DNA from: a virus
Lineage: Duplodnaviria > Caudoviricetes
Length of the DNA: 64,000 nucleotides
IMG/VR virus record: IMGVR_UViG_3300022661_000051
Reading direction: 5' to 3' (one strand)
Under the pieces are notes generated by a model. That model was not told the origin of the DNA, made no database searches, and was given only the letters and a program-made list of their open reading frames with translations. Of the stretch, positions 1-10,528 are shown piece by piece (position 1 is the stretch's first letter; each line of letters opens with the position of its first letter). A program made the position numbers and the translations under genes.

Positions 1-1
1 A

Positions 2-1222
2 AATATTGAAACTATTCCAGAATTAAAGGTTAACGGATTTTTTGATTTTAACGGACATTCTTTTAAAAATATTATCTTTAGAAATATGTCTGGCACTTGT
101 GGAAACAGAGTCAATGTTAATAATGGTTCTACTAATTTTTTAGGATGTCTAATACAGATATCCGCAGCTTCAGTTACAGACGATTTGGGTAATTTAAAGC
201 CTTTGATTATTAAAAATGCAAAAATCGAAAACTTTATAATTAATGAATCATACCCTTCTAATTATACAAGTGGATACAATGGATATAGTTGGGCTGGTCA
301 AGGTTGCAGTATTTTTTATATATTGCAACCTAATAGCGGCAATGGTGGCACAACTATTATCGAAAATACAGATATTAATGTTACATTTAATATGACTAAT
401 TATGCCAAAACAGAATTAATTACTGCTGAGTGCGACTATGCCAATGCGATCGAACATTATAAATTATACTCGTGTGGAGTATTCAGATTTGGCTATCCAG
501 GTTATCCCATTCTTTTTAAAAACGTATTCGTTAAGTGTTCTGGTATAGTTAAACATGCTTTTGCTGCTACTTCTAGTAGTAATACTCTTAATATGTATGT
601 GACACATGGATATCCATTAAATATATTATCTCCAAACGGAGGAAATACAAACAGATCAAGCGATTCCGACTATTTACACAAGTTCTCTATCAACGCTCAA
701 TATGTAGATTGTACTTTCGATTTTAACGATTTTATAATTCAAATACCAATTGACTTAGCATCTGGAGATATATTAACTAGTAATAACTATGGATTTACGG
801 ATAGATGTGAAGTATTTAATAATACTGCATTATTTCCTTACAGTAAAAATTCATCGGATTCTATTCATATAACAGGCCATCTTAAAATTCTTCTTCCTAC
901 TAAAGAAGAAATCGATGCTAATCCATTATCATTTGGAGTTTTATATTTGTTCAGAAGTTCTACTAATACAAATGTATTATGGGATGCAAGAATTTCAATT
1001 ATAGATGATATAGAAACTCCTAATTTAAAAATAAGATCTAGTAGCGGAACCAAGTTATTTATGAATAAAGACAAAATCGATCAAATTGTTCTTGATAATA
1101 ACTTGATGGTAGACGATGATCCAAGCGAAAGTGGAAGCGGTATATTTATGTGTACTACTGAACAGCTTAAAGATGAAGATTTCTTAAACAAGAATGGATT
1201 CTTTTATTTGCGTACGACATAA
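2..1222 (+). CDS. 5'-truncated putative tail fibre / receptor-binding-type protein
   Basis: Frame is open from nt 2 (NIETIPELKVNGFFDFNGHSFKNI...), upstream of the ATG at 86. Asn/Ser/Ile-rich; DFNGHSFKNI resembles the FDGNGHTI motif of beta-helix surface proteins. Confidence 0.35.
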   Translation, partial: NIETIPELKVNGFFDFNGHSFKNIIFRNMSGTCGNRVNVNNGSTNFLGCLIQISAASVTDDLGNLKPLIIKNAKIENFIINESYPSNYTSGYNGYSWAGQGCSIFYILQPNSGNGGTTIIENTDINVTFNMTNYAKTELITAECDYANAIEHYKLYSCGVFRFGYPGYPILFKNVFVKCSGIVKHAFAATSSSNTLNMYVTHGYPLNILSPNGGNTNRSSDSDYLHKFSINAQYVDCTFDFNDFIIQIPIDLASGDILTSNNYGFTDRCEVFNNTALFPYSKNSSDSIHITGHLKILLPTKEEIDANPLSFGVLYLFRSSTNTNVLWDARISIIDDIETPNLKIRSSSGTKLFMNKDKIDQIVLDNNLMVDDDPSESGSGIFMCTTEQLKDEDFLNKNGFFYLRTT

Positions 1223-1226
1223 TAAG

Positions 1227-1251
1227 AAGGGTAGGGAAAATCCCTACCCTT
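1227..1251. terminator. bidirectional intrinsic terminator
   Basis: AAGGGTAGGGA-aaa-TCCCTACCCTT between convergent genes. Confidence 0.8.
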
Positions 1252-1255
1252 ATCT

Positions 1256-2476
1256 TTATTCTTCACCGAATGCTTTAAGTAAATCAATCTTTTGATATTT
1301 GTCGGTACTATCGTGGAATGCTTTCATGCTTATATTCTTTACACATGAAGCGAGCTGTGGCGTCGCAGTTCCAACATTTTGAACATCAAGAATATAATAC
1401 AAATCTCCGATACATTTATTACATATATGATCATGCTCACATAAGCTAGAGAATCTCATCTTTACAGTTTTTCCTCTATACTTATCCATAGTAGTGCTGT
1501 CTAAACGTACCAGTTTAGACCCTTCTACGATATAGGAATACATCATTAACGAAAGCATATTATCATCAAGTGTGATTGTAATAGTTCTTTTAGTTCCGCA
1601 GTCTGAGCCGCGTTTTCCGACTTGTACATGTTGAAATGCTTGTAAGAAAAGCTTCTCCATGTAACCGCCCTTAGCTGTATTACAAGCACGAGCATATGGA
1701 CCTGCAGCAAGAGAATTTGCTACATTAACATAGTCTTCTTTAGATATGCCTTCAGAATAGCATGATGTTATGATGTTAAATCCCTTTGTCGGGTCAGGGT
1801 CTTTACAAGCGCCCTTCATTACATACATATTCTTGAAGTTATTTCCCCAATCTCCTCCTGCACCTGCACGGATATTATCCATTGCAGGTTCATCTTTGAG
1901 TTTCTCTTCACAATAATCGAGAAGTTCTTTTTCGATCTTACTTACTGTAAGAGCATCTCCAGCTTCGATTTCAGCCTTGTATTTTTTAATAAGTTCTTTC
2001 TTCTTACCTTCGATAGTATGAGAAATAAGAAGCATCTCTTCAGATGTCGTAGGACATATTACTGTACTATAAGGCATAAATTTCTGAAGACAGTTTATAA
2101 AACGTTTATACTGCTCGGTCGTTACTCTGTCTTCAAGTATGGCATATGAGAGCTTGTTTCGAATTTTTCCATATGCCTTTTTAGTAATCGCACTATTGAT
2201 ATAACCGAGCTCGTCAAATAATCCAGGTTCATCGATGCAAGCTTTATTCACAAACCATAATCCGAGTGTTGTAACGAATTTGTTCTTGTTATTATGGTAT
2301 GTTCCTGGGGGAACTTCTATTGTATCGTATACATGGAATCTGGTCTTACCATTAAATTCTCCAAAACATTCCATGAATACAGACGTCTTTAAACAATCTA
2401 TGTTAGACAATCCTAAAATATATTCGACATCTTTAGGATCTGTAATCATTTTAGCTTTACGCTTAGGTGTTGCCAT
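1256..2476 (-). CDS. phage multisubunit RNA polymerase beta' C-terminal half (probably virion RNAP)
   Basis: Bridge-helix-like ARACNTAKGGYMEK, DCGT, Zn site CEHDHICNKCIG, trigger-loop-like NVGTATPQLAS..SMKAFHD; preceded by the late-type motif. Confidence 0.88.
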   Translation of the reverse strand: MATPKRKAKMITDPKDVEYILGLSNIDCLKTSVFMECFGEFNGKTRFHVYDTIEVPPGTYHNNKNKFVTTLGLWFVNKACIDEPGLFDELGYINSAITKKAYGKIRNKLSYAILEDRVTTEQYKRFINCLQKFMPYSTVICPTTSEEMLLISHTIEGKKKELIKKYKAEIEAGDALTVSKIEKELLDYCEEKLKDEPAMDNIRAGAGGDWGNNFKNMYVMKGACKDPDPTKGFNIITSCYSEGISKEDYVNVANSLAAGPYARACNTAKGGYMEKLFLQAFQHVQVGKRGSDCGTKRTITITLDDNMLSLMMYSYIVEGSKLVRLDSTTMDKYRGKTVKMRFSSLCEHDHICNKCIGDLYYILDVQNVGTATPQLASCVKNISMKAFHDSTDKYQKIDLLKAFGEE

Positions 2477-2506
2477 CTTATATTCCTCCTTTATAATAAA
2501 ACCTAA

Positions 2507-2519
2507 TTATTATTAAGTT
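2507..2519 (-). promoter_or_regulatory. late-type promoter AACT-N6-TAA
   Basis: AACTTAATAATAA upstream of the beta' C-half; motif recurs about 16 times upstream of genes. Confidence 0.7.
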
Positions 2520-2545
2520 AATCCTATAAAACTTTGTTATAAATA

Positions 2546-2553
2546 TATATTAT
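2546..2553 (+). promoter_or_regulatory. early-type promoter TATATTAT
   Basis: Recurrent octamer resembling the phiKZ early promoter TATATTAC; followed by a CAGATGAA...TTCATCTG hairpin and an SD. Confidence 0.65.
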
Positions 2554-2611
2554 TTTTATGACAGATGAAGATAGCTAGTTCATCTGATTATATTTTAAAA
2601 GGAGGCTTTAC

Positions 2612-3121
2612 ATGAAAGTCAAAATTTCTGGCAACGGAGGAGAAGACAGTAGAGTTCAGTCTATTCAGTCCGAAGCCGCAGGACAAAAAAGATATGTAAT
2701 GATGAAAGGAACAGTACCAAATGAATTTAATGGGGATATTAAGTCGCCTCCCAAATTCAAACCTACTGAACCTGAAATTGTTAAAAGCAAGGTTCTTGTT
2801 ATTGATAAGCTTATCGTAACAATAACGGAAAAATTGAATGAGGAGTTCACATTTAAAATTGATACAAAATTCGCTCCAGTGAATGGTATCATTCCAGAAT
2901 TCGATATCTGTTCAAAAGAAGATATTGAATTCACTCCAGAAACTCGATTAAGCGATATCGAGTCGATTATCAGACGTTGCGGTATACTTGAAAAGTATAA
3001 TAAATACTTTACTCGAGATCCCGAAATTATTATCAATAGTTTTAAGATCAATATCGAACGAGAGTTGGGTTATTTTGCAGAGTTTAATGCTGCTATGATG
3101 ATCGCCCGAGATATATTCTAG
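2612..3121 (+). CDS. hypothetical protein
   Basis: 169 aa ORF with AAGGAGG SD. Confidence 0.75.
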   Translation: MKVKISGNGGEDSRVQSIQSEAAGQKRYVMMKGTVPNEFNGDIKSPPKFKPTEPEIVKSKVLVIDKLIVTITEKLNEEFTFKIDTKFAPVNGIIPEFDICSKEDIEFTPETRLSDIESIIRRCGILEKYNKYFTRDPEIIINSFKINIERELGYFAEFNAAMMIARDIF

Positions 3122-3168
3122 TAAGATATTACTTCGTCAAAAACTATCCAATACAATAAATTAGGGAG

Positions 3169-4779
3169 ATGAAAACAATGAAAACACAGTATATACCTGA
3201 AATCGATGATATCGAAGCGCGCCGTGTTAATATAACCGCGCACTATCCAGACTCTCCGGATTATGAATATGAAGTTCGTTTGGAGAGATTAAATCTCGAC
3301 GAGGAAAGAATGAAGGATATTAATAGTAATAATGGCTTCATCATTACTACTCGTCAAAACATTAAAAAGGATCTTAAAAGTGACGATTCAATCTTCTCAT
3401 CTAGATTTGGTCAGACTCTTCAAGATCTTAATCCGTTCGCATTCAGATATCACTGTAAATGTCAGAAATATCAGGGTCGTCTGAACAACGGAAAGATGTG
3501 TGAAGTATGTCACACTCCAGTAAAATACATCGGAGATAACTTTGAGTATTTTGGTTGGATATGTATTAAGGACCCTTATGTCCTCATCCATCCGAACTTA
3601 TTCAAATCTCTTGAATGTCTTATCGGTCCTAAGGAATTAAACAATATTATCATGTGCGACGATAAGGTCGACGAAAATGGTAATATCATTCCAAAGGAAC
3701 CTTCTAAAGATTCTCCATTTGTTGGTATCGGAATTATGGGACTCAAGGAAAGAATTATGGAAGTTCTTGATTTCTATAGAGCTAAGAAGCCAGCAAAGAA
3801 AGAATATTACGAAGATATTGTTGCTAATCTTGATAAGTTGTTTACACATTCAATTCCTGTATATACAACTCACTTAAGACCTTACAATATCGATGAGAAT
3901 AATTTCTCATTTGAAGGAAATAACGCTATCTATAACGTTCTTGCTGCTCAGGCAACCAAGATCAACAAAGATAAGTTATTTATAAATCATAAAGGAAAAC
4001 CTCAGAAAGAAATTCTTTATGCGATGCAGAAGAATTTCAATGAAATCTATGCTGATATGGAAACAGTAATGGCTGGAAAGAAAGGCTATGCCAGATCTCT
4101 TATCGGCGGTAGATTTAATTTCTGTTCAAGAGTAGTAATTGTTACAGGACCTGATCTTCACATCGATGAGATTGGGCTTCCATATGCTACTCTTATCGAG
4201 TTATTCCAGCAGAGGCTTGTTAATATCCTCAGAAAAACATATAGCCCAGCAGAGGCGTATATGATATGGAATAATGCGAGAAACAATTACAATCCGATCA
4301 TTGGCGATCTCATTGAATCTATTCTCGCTTCAGAATATGTAGGAGTTCTCTTTAACAGAAACCCTTCAATTCATTCTGAATCTATCAGACAGATGAGGGT
4401 TGTTCGTATGAACAAGGATTATACATGTACAGTACCTCTTCAGGTTCTTGCAGGTTTTAATGCAGACTTTGACGGCGATACTTTAAATGTAATGTATATC
4501 CTTGATCAGGAACTTCTTAACGCTGCAATGAAGGTATTCAATCCTAGATATGCTGGTCAGATATCTAGAAACGATGGAATGTTCAATTCGAATGTTCATC
4601 ATCAGACAGACACAATGATCTGTTTAAATTCTTTCGCTCAGCTCGGAAGAGATTCATATTCAGATCAGGAATTCGATGCTATTAAGGCTATTCAGAAAGC
4701 TGATGATATTATCAATCTTGATGAGTTACCTTACAGAATCGATCCTGATTTAAAACGTATACTTTCTATGTGTGCATAA
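3169..4779 (+). CDS. phage RNA polymerase beta' N-terminal half, catalytic (probably non-virion RNAP)
   Basis: SIFSSRFG, Zn ribbon CKC..CEVC, GKKGYAR, FNRNPSIH, catalytic NADFDGD; lies in an early-motif operon. Confidence 0.93.
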   Translation: MKTMKTQYIPEIDDIEARRVNITAHYPDSPDYEYEVRLERLNLDEERMKDINSNNGFIITTRQNIKKDLKSDDSIFSSRFGQTLQDLNPFAFRYHCKCQKYQGRLNNGKMCEVCHTPVKYIGDNFEYFGWICIKDPYVLIHPNLFKSLECLIGPKELNNIIMCDDKVDENGNIIPKEPSKDSPFVGIGIMGLKERIMEVLDFYRAKKPAKKEYYEDIVANLDKLFTHSIPVYTTHLRPYNIDENNFSFEGNNAIYNVLAAQATKINKDKLFINHKGKPQKEILYAMQKNFNEIYADMETVMAGKKGYARSLIGGRFNFCSRVVIVTGPDLHIDEIGLPYATLIELFQQRLVNILRKTYSPAEAYMIWNNARNNYNPIIGDLIESILASEYVGVLFNRNPSIHSESIRQMRVVRMNKDYTCTVPLQVLAGFNADFDGDTLNVMYILDQELLNAAMKVFNPRYAGQISRNDGMFNSNVHHQTDTMICLNSFAQLGRDSYSDQEFDAIKAIQKADDIINLDELPYRIDPDLKRILSMCA

Positions 4780-4789
4780 GAAACAAAAG

Positions 4790-4818
4790 ATTGGTAGGAG
4801 CATTGCGCTCCTACCAAT
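4790..4818. terminator. bidirectional intrinsic terminator
   Basis: ATTGGTAGGAGC-attgc-GCTCCTACCAAT followed by a T tract. Confidence 0.8.
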
Positions 4819-4954
4819 TATTTTTTTATTTTTTGTATAAATGTTCAATCTGTAAATTTGGTTGAATTGTAAGTATTTACTCACAATAGTTTTTGCTTTA
4901 AGGGCTATGCACTATAGGGATTGGATACGTTGAATTGTGGCCAAATTTACAACG

Positions 4955-5989
4955 CTAACTTGCAAAAGTGTTATAAATGTTCTGAGCCTGTGGAGATCTC
5001 AATCCTAACTGATAGCTATAAGAAGAACCTGGACGTTCATACCACTTAAGGAACATACCAGTTGCATCTACTACAGATAATGAATTGAGATATTCAAAGC
5101 TGCCTACATTATTTCGGATCTGGTTATATGTATAGTCGAGAACTCCTGCTCCACTATGACCAAACCCGCCGGGATCGCTAGTGTTAACTGCACAATGCAT
5201 GTCTATTCCCTGAAGACCTGCATTAATATATTCAAGCTGACCAATTAAAGAATCAGGTGAATATCCATGAGCTAAACACCAATTATATAAAGCGGCATGG
5301 CCGTATCGATTTGTCCACTGACAAATACCATAACCCTGACCGCTTGAAACTGTAACTAGAGAACCAAGACGACCACCGCCACACATATTTGGGTGGAAAG
5401 TATTGTCTTCTATAGCAATGTTTCCCATAATTCCTGCAGTAAGGCTTGCAGAATAGCCTTTATTAATAAAATAATTCCAAATGGCCTGTTTTCTACCCTC
5501 TACAGTGCTTGTATCTCCAAGATCAGCATCACTTGAATATGTAATGTTAGCAGGTGGAGCTACAGGAGCATTCGTAGGAGCTTCTGTTGCAGGCTCTGTC
5601 GGAACTTCGATAGGTTCAGTAATTTTTTCTGTTTCTGTACAAAATACTGCTGTTGTAGTTGTAGGAGCTACAGTAGTGGTTACTACAGTAGGCTTAACAG
5701 TAGTATCTGACTCGATTGTACTTGTTGTGTTTGTAATAGTATTTGTTGTTAAGGTTGTTGTTGTTTCCTCTGTAGTAGTCGTGCTACTAGCAGTTGTAGA
5801 AACAAAAGTATAAATTGTTGTAGTGCCCTTATTAGGATTTTCCGAATAAGATAATAACTTTGTTGTCTGTACTCTGGGCTTAGTATTATTAGCCACAATA
5901 GTTATACCCAGAATTAGACAGATACTGAAGATTAAGATAAACACACGGCTTACCTTTCTTACGTTTAAATTTTTGAACTTCATATTCAT
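4955..5989 (-). CDS. membrane-anchored cell-wall hydrolase, phage tail lysozyme (Phage_lysozyme2)-like domain
   Basis: N-terminal TM helix, Thr/Pro-rich linker, then IWNYF..KGYS...AGIMGNIAIE, GYGICQWT, QLEYI, YERPG. Confidence 0.8.
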   Translation of the reverse strand: MNMKFKNLNVRKVSRVFILIFSICLILGITIVANNTKPRVQTTKLLSYSENPNKGTTTIYTFVSTTASSTTTTEETTTTLTTNTITNTTSTIESDTTVKPTVVTTTVAPTTTTAVFCTETEKITEPIEVPTEPATEAPTNAPVAPPANITYSSDADLGDTSTVEGRKQAIWNYFINKGYSASLTAGIMGNIAIEDNTFHPNMCGGGRLGSLVTVSSGQGYGICQWTNRYGHAALYNWCLAHGYSPDSLIGQLEYINAGLQGIDMHCAVNTSDPGGFGHSGAGVLDYTYNQIRNNVGSFEYLNSLSVVDATGMFLKWYERPGSSYSYQLGLRSPQAQNIYNTFAS

Positions 5990-6050
5990 GTTATAGATTT
6001 CCTCCTTATTATTTCTTTTGGGAACTTTACAGATTGACTATAACATTTAT

Positions 6051-6058
6051 ATAATATA
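6051..6058 (-). promoter_or_regulatory. early-type promoter TATATTAT
   Basis: ATAATATA on + strand, upstream of the lysozyme-like gene. Confidence 0.55.
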
Positions 6059-6136
6059 CTGTTCGCATTATTGTTAAAAATAATGGAAGTATATGGAAAG
6101 ACTTCGCTTTTTTACTTTTACAAGCACTATAAAAGA

Positions 6137-6162
6137 GACGGGTAGGCAAATGCCTACCCGTC
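6137..6162 (-). terminator. intrinsic terminator
   Basis: GACGGGTAGGCA-aa-TGCCTACCCGTC followed by TCTTTT on the minus strand. Confidence 0.75.
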
Positions 6163-6174
6163 ATTATTTGTAAT

Positions 6175-7002
6175 TTATTCGTTTTCTTCATCATCCTCAA
6201 GAGAATCAATTTTAGCACTATAACTCTGATAATCAGAATACTCGAGGATTGGAGCTAATCGTGTTGTCTCTTCGACAAGCTTATCTTTAAGTATCTCGAG
6301 ATCGACCGCAGCTTGAAGTTTCACAAATTCTGCAACAAGGATTCCAAGAACATTATTATCCTGGTCATACACAGCGACACCAACACCGGATACAATTCCA
6401 GTATCTTTGCACATATTATAGATAACGGGATAAGTGTTCTTATAATCTTCAATGTTATGAATGACAAGACTACCCTGACGGTAGACATCCTTGATGCTGT
6501 CGTCAAGGAACTGTAACGGAATACCAACATGATCCATTCCCTTTCTGATAATTCCACAGTTCTTTCTGATATGCTCGCTTACACAAGTAGTCTTAATAAA
6601 TGGAAGACCGTGACTTGTTTGAACACCATTATGGATAGCATAAACCGATAATCTGTCGGGCTTTGTCTCGTCAGATATCTTTTTAATGACATCTTTGGTG
6701 CTATCATCGACCTTAACGAATATCTTCATAAGGTCCTTTTCTTTCTTGTCATTGCATTTTTTGACTTCTTTTTCTGTAGCTAGAAGCTTATTGATGATTA
6801 ACTCATTCTGCTTGGCTTGATTCTTCTGTCCGCTATATATCATTTTAAAGAATAGGACAAACATCGCAACAACTATGGCTAAGAATACTGCTATTGTAAC
6901 AATAGCAACACCATAATCATTCAATAATTCCGCAAAATGATCTATTTCATCAACATTATTATTTGCTGCTTCTGTAGTAGTTGCTAATATTGTATTAGAC
7001 AA
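6175..7002 (-). CDS. putative holin (single TM plus GAF-like domain, T4 gpT-like architecture)
   Basis: TM helix near residues 30-55, coiled segment, then a GAF-like domain (SVYAIHNG...CVSE...GVAVYD...GILVAEF); late-type motif at 7027-7039; adjacent to the lysozyme-like gene. Confidence 0.55.
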   Translation of the reverse strand: MSNTILATTTEAANNNVDEIDHFAELLNDYGVAIVTIAVFLAIVVAMFVLFFKMIYSGQKNQAKQNELIINKLLATEKEVKKCNDKKEKDLMKIFVKVDDSTKDVIKKISDETKPDRLSVYAIHNGVQTSHGLPFIKTTCVSEHIRKNCGIIRKGMDHVGIPLQFLDDSIKDVYRQGSLVIHNIEDYKNTYPVIYNMCKDTGIVSGVGVAVYDQDNNVLGILVAEFVKLQAAVDLEILKDKLVEETTRLAPILEYSDYQSYSAKIDSLEDDEENE

Positions 7003-7042
7003 AAATAAACACCACCTTTCATTTATTTAATATATTGTTACT

Positions 7043-10000
7043 TTAAACCTTAGCGATCCAATCGCTTGGGTTCGAAGAAATGACATAATTCGACATTAAT
7101 ATATCTAATAACTGAGCTTTCGACTTGTAGTTTGCATCTACTACAGCTTCATTTCCTGTAGCTCTTGAAGTTGTTGTATCGAATAAAACATTTAATTCTT
7201 CATCGTCGGAGCCGTTAACTAACAGATCTAACTTTGAAGGTTTTGTATAAGACTCAAGTTCTCTCATGTCTGTAGATATTATCTTATTATCGTCATGAGA
7301 TAATCCATCTCCAGAAACGATAAAGCTATTAGTATCTACATCGACATGACTATAAATCTCAAGACGTTCAATAGATTTTATATTCTTTGTGATCTTGATT
7401 ATAGTATTCGATATATCTTCCATAAAGTGATTAGGTATCTTTTCACCATTAATAAATGTAAACACTGAATGTTTACTGCTTACACCATATAATGGACTCT
7501 CGAAACGAATATAACCAGTTGTAGGAATCTGGTCATATTCTTCGTCATTCTCATTAACAACCTTTGTGGTATTTATCAGCTCCGGATTGAGATTTGTTAA
7601 CGCATCAGGAACATAGAATATCGCAATAACGTCTCCTGTTTCTACTGGGACGTTAATATATAATTGTGGTTTATATATAGGAGTGTGGTTAGTCGCTTTA
7701 ACAAATACAAATGTATCTGGTATAATACGACCATTCTTAAAGATCATAAACTGTGTAGAGTTTTCACAATATAAGAAATCGGTCGGAAGATCGATCACAG
7801 GAGAATCGTCATTTTCTATCGCTGTGTGGAAAGTATAACGGAATTGTCTTCTAGAGCATAGAACGACATCTCCTAGTTCCTGAAGAGGCGTAAATGGATC
7901 GGTTGAGGAAGCAAAATCTGAATAAGAAAGTGAAGATGGACGAATAAAATACTCTCCTCCATTATATTTAGAGATTCTATACATATTGTTTTTCTTCTCA
8001 TCTTTAGTGATAATAGATGTAGCTTTCTTGGTAACAGAATCTACTATTCTAAATTCAGAATCTATCTCGTAACCCAAAGCATAAGCTGTTTTCTCTTCAG
8101 CAAAATTAATCTCTGAATTATACTCGTTGTCAGACATTTGTTTTACATACACCATTATATTCTCTGGATCTAAGACTGATGTATTGCACGCAATAGCATT
8201 TTCTGTATAATCCCCTACAGTATATTCCTTATACTGAGTTTCCAGAATGCTATTTCTTACATTAAGGAAGAATACAAATTCGAATTCATCGTATAATGTA
8301 AAGTCGACATCTAATGTCATTGGTATCTTGAAGTATATACCGTCATAAACAATAGCATTCATCTTTTCAAACAGTTTACCGTTTCTGAACACCATAACAT
8401 AATTCTTGTCTTGTGATACACACCAACGAGTCATCTTAAGTTCACTGATCTGGATAGGTTTTCCTACACCATCTACAGTATCTGTAACGGTAACATAGCG
8501 CTGATTAACCAGATCAAGACCGCTCTTAAATATAGATACTACTCTTCTGTTGATAGAAGCTTCGAGTTTATCCGCATCGTATCCAATTATGTAATCTGTA
8601 GCTCTCTTAAGGTTCTCTTCGTATGGTAATGTATCATAAAAATGGAAGTCAAATACTTCGTCTATAATACTCATATCGTCAAGACCATAGTTTTCGGATT
8701 CAGTATACAAGAACATTTCAGGAAGGTTCTTTCTAATAAACCATTCTGATCTGAATGACTTATTAAATTCTGGATCTTCTGCATTGAAGTTTTCATAATA
8801 TGCTCGATCGATCAGCTCATCGATTGTCGATTTAACCTCTTCGTCATCTTCTCTGAATACTTGACTAGCAATTTCTCTTAAGAAATCTGCACATTTAGGT
8901 TCCATATAATAAATAAACTGATCAGAAGGTGTAGCAGCTTCATCCATGTTTGAGAGATATGCGAATTCTGTTCTTATCTTAAGCTGGTCGCATATCTGGT
9001 CAGGATATTTGAGTTTTAATTCTTCGGTATCCGGAAGTATTGTGTTTTCTTCTTCATATATTGTGGTATTTATAGAATAGACAGTATCTGTCGAATCCGA
9101 TTTAAATGTATTAGTATCGGCATCATAGTAAAACTCATTTCCAGAAGAGTCCTTATAATATCCTATATCCTTCTTCATCAGAGTATAAATTTCTTCAATA
9201 AATGTCTTTACTGAAGCGGTAACATCTCTCATATAAAGCTCGAACTGGCGTTCAATCTCGGTTCTGTGTTTAATTCTAAGAGCATTATCCTGGTCATATA
9301 TTACTCTAGTATTATAGAATATTTTGAAGTGGCGTTTATTAGTAAGAACTCTGTCGATCATGATTCGAAGAATATTGTAAGCATGAGACTTTACATCAAA
9401 GTCTTCACGAATCTTACCTTCTTCAAAACAAAGCATATTACATCTTTTAATCTTATATCGATATTCAAATTCAGAGAATCGTCTGTTTAAGAGAGTTCCG
9501 TATTGAGTGGTCGTGAGACCGCCATCGTCATTCTCATCCATTTCAAATTCTTCATAAATAATATTAGGATCATCACAGAATATTCTCGAGAATCCGTTCG
9601 ACTTTTCCCAGCCTTCAATATTTATAAGCTCATTATATACCTTATCAGTATTAACAATGCCGTCAGTATCTCCATACCAAAAGATTGGCATTTTACCGTA
9701 AAGGTCGTCAGGAAGCTCGGTAAAACGTTGAACGTATCTTACCTTAAATGGAATATCGAGATATGTCATTGTATTTTCTGACGGTTCAGAGCTTATAATT
9801 CCATCTTGTAAATTCGCTACATTGAAGATAATAAATGTATCAATATTATCTGTAGCAATTCGGCATCTTTCCCAAGACATGGCTCTATCATTTATAAACA
9901 GAATAAACGGATTTACATAATTAAATGAAACCATGTTCATAATAGTGGTCGGAACACCAGTATCGATATCATATCCAGCCTCAACCACTGTATCTTCATC

Positions 10001-10528
10001 AGCGTCTTTATATTCGAAGTTTAATCGGCAAAACTTTTGAAGATTGGTCTTGTCTGATTCTCTATTTTCAAGGTGACGATTAACATACTCGATTATATCA
10101 TGAACAGTTTCTCCCTTAGATAAAAGATGAATAGTTCCATGATGACATAATCTTCTATAATCATCAGATTTGAATCTGATCATATTACATGCCATAACAT
10201 AATCGTTAATTCCTATATTATATAAAGAATCAGAAAAGACGTACTGTCCTGATTCTACTTTAACATGTCCCTTTATAATAGATGGAACAAGAGCAGATTC
10301 AAGAGCTTCATTCATGCATTCTGTTCTAGAATGTAATTGATCGATCACATTTCTGTAATCATTATAATACGAACTATCTTTCTGAGAAATTGGATTGCCT
10401 GTGTATAAATTCTGATTAAAGGGAGAGTCGGTTGAACGACTCTCCCCATTTATTGAACCAGAATTATACTTTGTTATAACTTGATTTATTGGGTTATCAA
10501 CAAATCTACCCTGGTTATTGATAATCAT
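7043..10528 (-). CDS. large putative virion structural protein (baseplate-like)
   Basis: 1161 aa with repeated (L/I)F.NG/D beta-strand motifs; late operon. Confidence 0.5.
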   Translation of the reverse strand: MIINNQGRFVDNPINQVITKYNSGSINGESRSTDSPFNQNLYTGNPISQKDSSYYNDYRNVIDQLHSRTECMNEALESALVPSIIKGHVKVESGQYVFSDSLYNIGINDYVMACNMIRFKSDDYRRLCHHGTIHLLSKGETVHDIIEYVNRHLENRESDKTNLQKFCRLNFEYKDADEDTVVEAGYDIDTGVPTTIMNMVSFNYVNPFILFINDRAMSWERCRIATDNIDTFIIFNVANLQDGIISSEPSENTMTYLDIPFKVRYVQRFTELPDDLYGKMPIFWYGDTDGIVNTDKVYNELINIEGWEKSNGFSRIFCDDPNIIYEEFEMDENDDGGLTTTQYGTLLNRRFSEFEYRYKIKRCNMLCFEEGKIREDFDVKSHAYNILRIMIDRVLTNKRHFKIFYNTRVIYDQDNALRIKHRTEIERQFELYMRDVTASVKTFIEEIYTLMKKDIGYYKDSSGNEFYYDADTNTFKSDSTDTVYSINTTIYEEENTILPDTEELKLKYPDQICDQLKIRTEFAYLSNMDEAATPSDQFIYYMEPKCADFLREIASQVFREDDEEVKSTIDELIDRAYYENFNAEDPEFNKSFRSEWFIRKNLPEMFLYTESENYGLDDMSIIDEVFDFHFYDTLPYEENLKRATDYIIGYDADKLEASINRRVVSIFKSGLDLVNQRYVTVTDTVDGVGKPIQISELKMTRWCVSQDKNYVMVFRNGKLFEKMNAIVYDGIYFKIPMTLDVDFTLYDEFEFVFFLNVRNSILETQYKEYTVGDYTENAIACNTSVLDPENIMVYVKQMSDNEYNSEINFAEEKTAYALGYEIDSEFRIVDSVTKKATSIITKDEKKNNMYRISKYNGGEYFIRPSSLSYSDFASSTDPFTPLQELGDVVLCSRRQFRYTFHTAIENDDSPVIDLPTDFLYCENSTQFMIFKNGRIIPDTFVFVKATNHTPIYKPQLYINVPVETGDVIAIFYVPDALTNLNPELINTTKVVNENDEEYDQIPTTGYIRFESPLYGVSSKHSVFTFINGEKIPNHFMEDISNTIIKITKNIKSIERLEIYSHVDVDTNSFIVSGDGLSHDDNKIISTDMRELESYTKPSKLDLLVNGSDDEELNVLFDTTTSRATGNEAVVDANYKSKAQLLDILMSNYVISSNPSDWIAKV

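Noticed and set aside
4851-4954. Short direct (GTTGAATTGT x2) and inverted (TGTAAATTTGG/CCAAATTTACA) repeats downstream of the lysozyme-like gene
   Set aside because: Too short and AT-rich to call beyond a possible 3' UTR structure
6042-6054. Plus-strand AACA-N6-TAA match with no downstream plus-strand gene
   Set aside because: Overlaps the minus-strand early motif in very AT-rich DNA; probably chance
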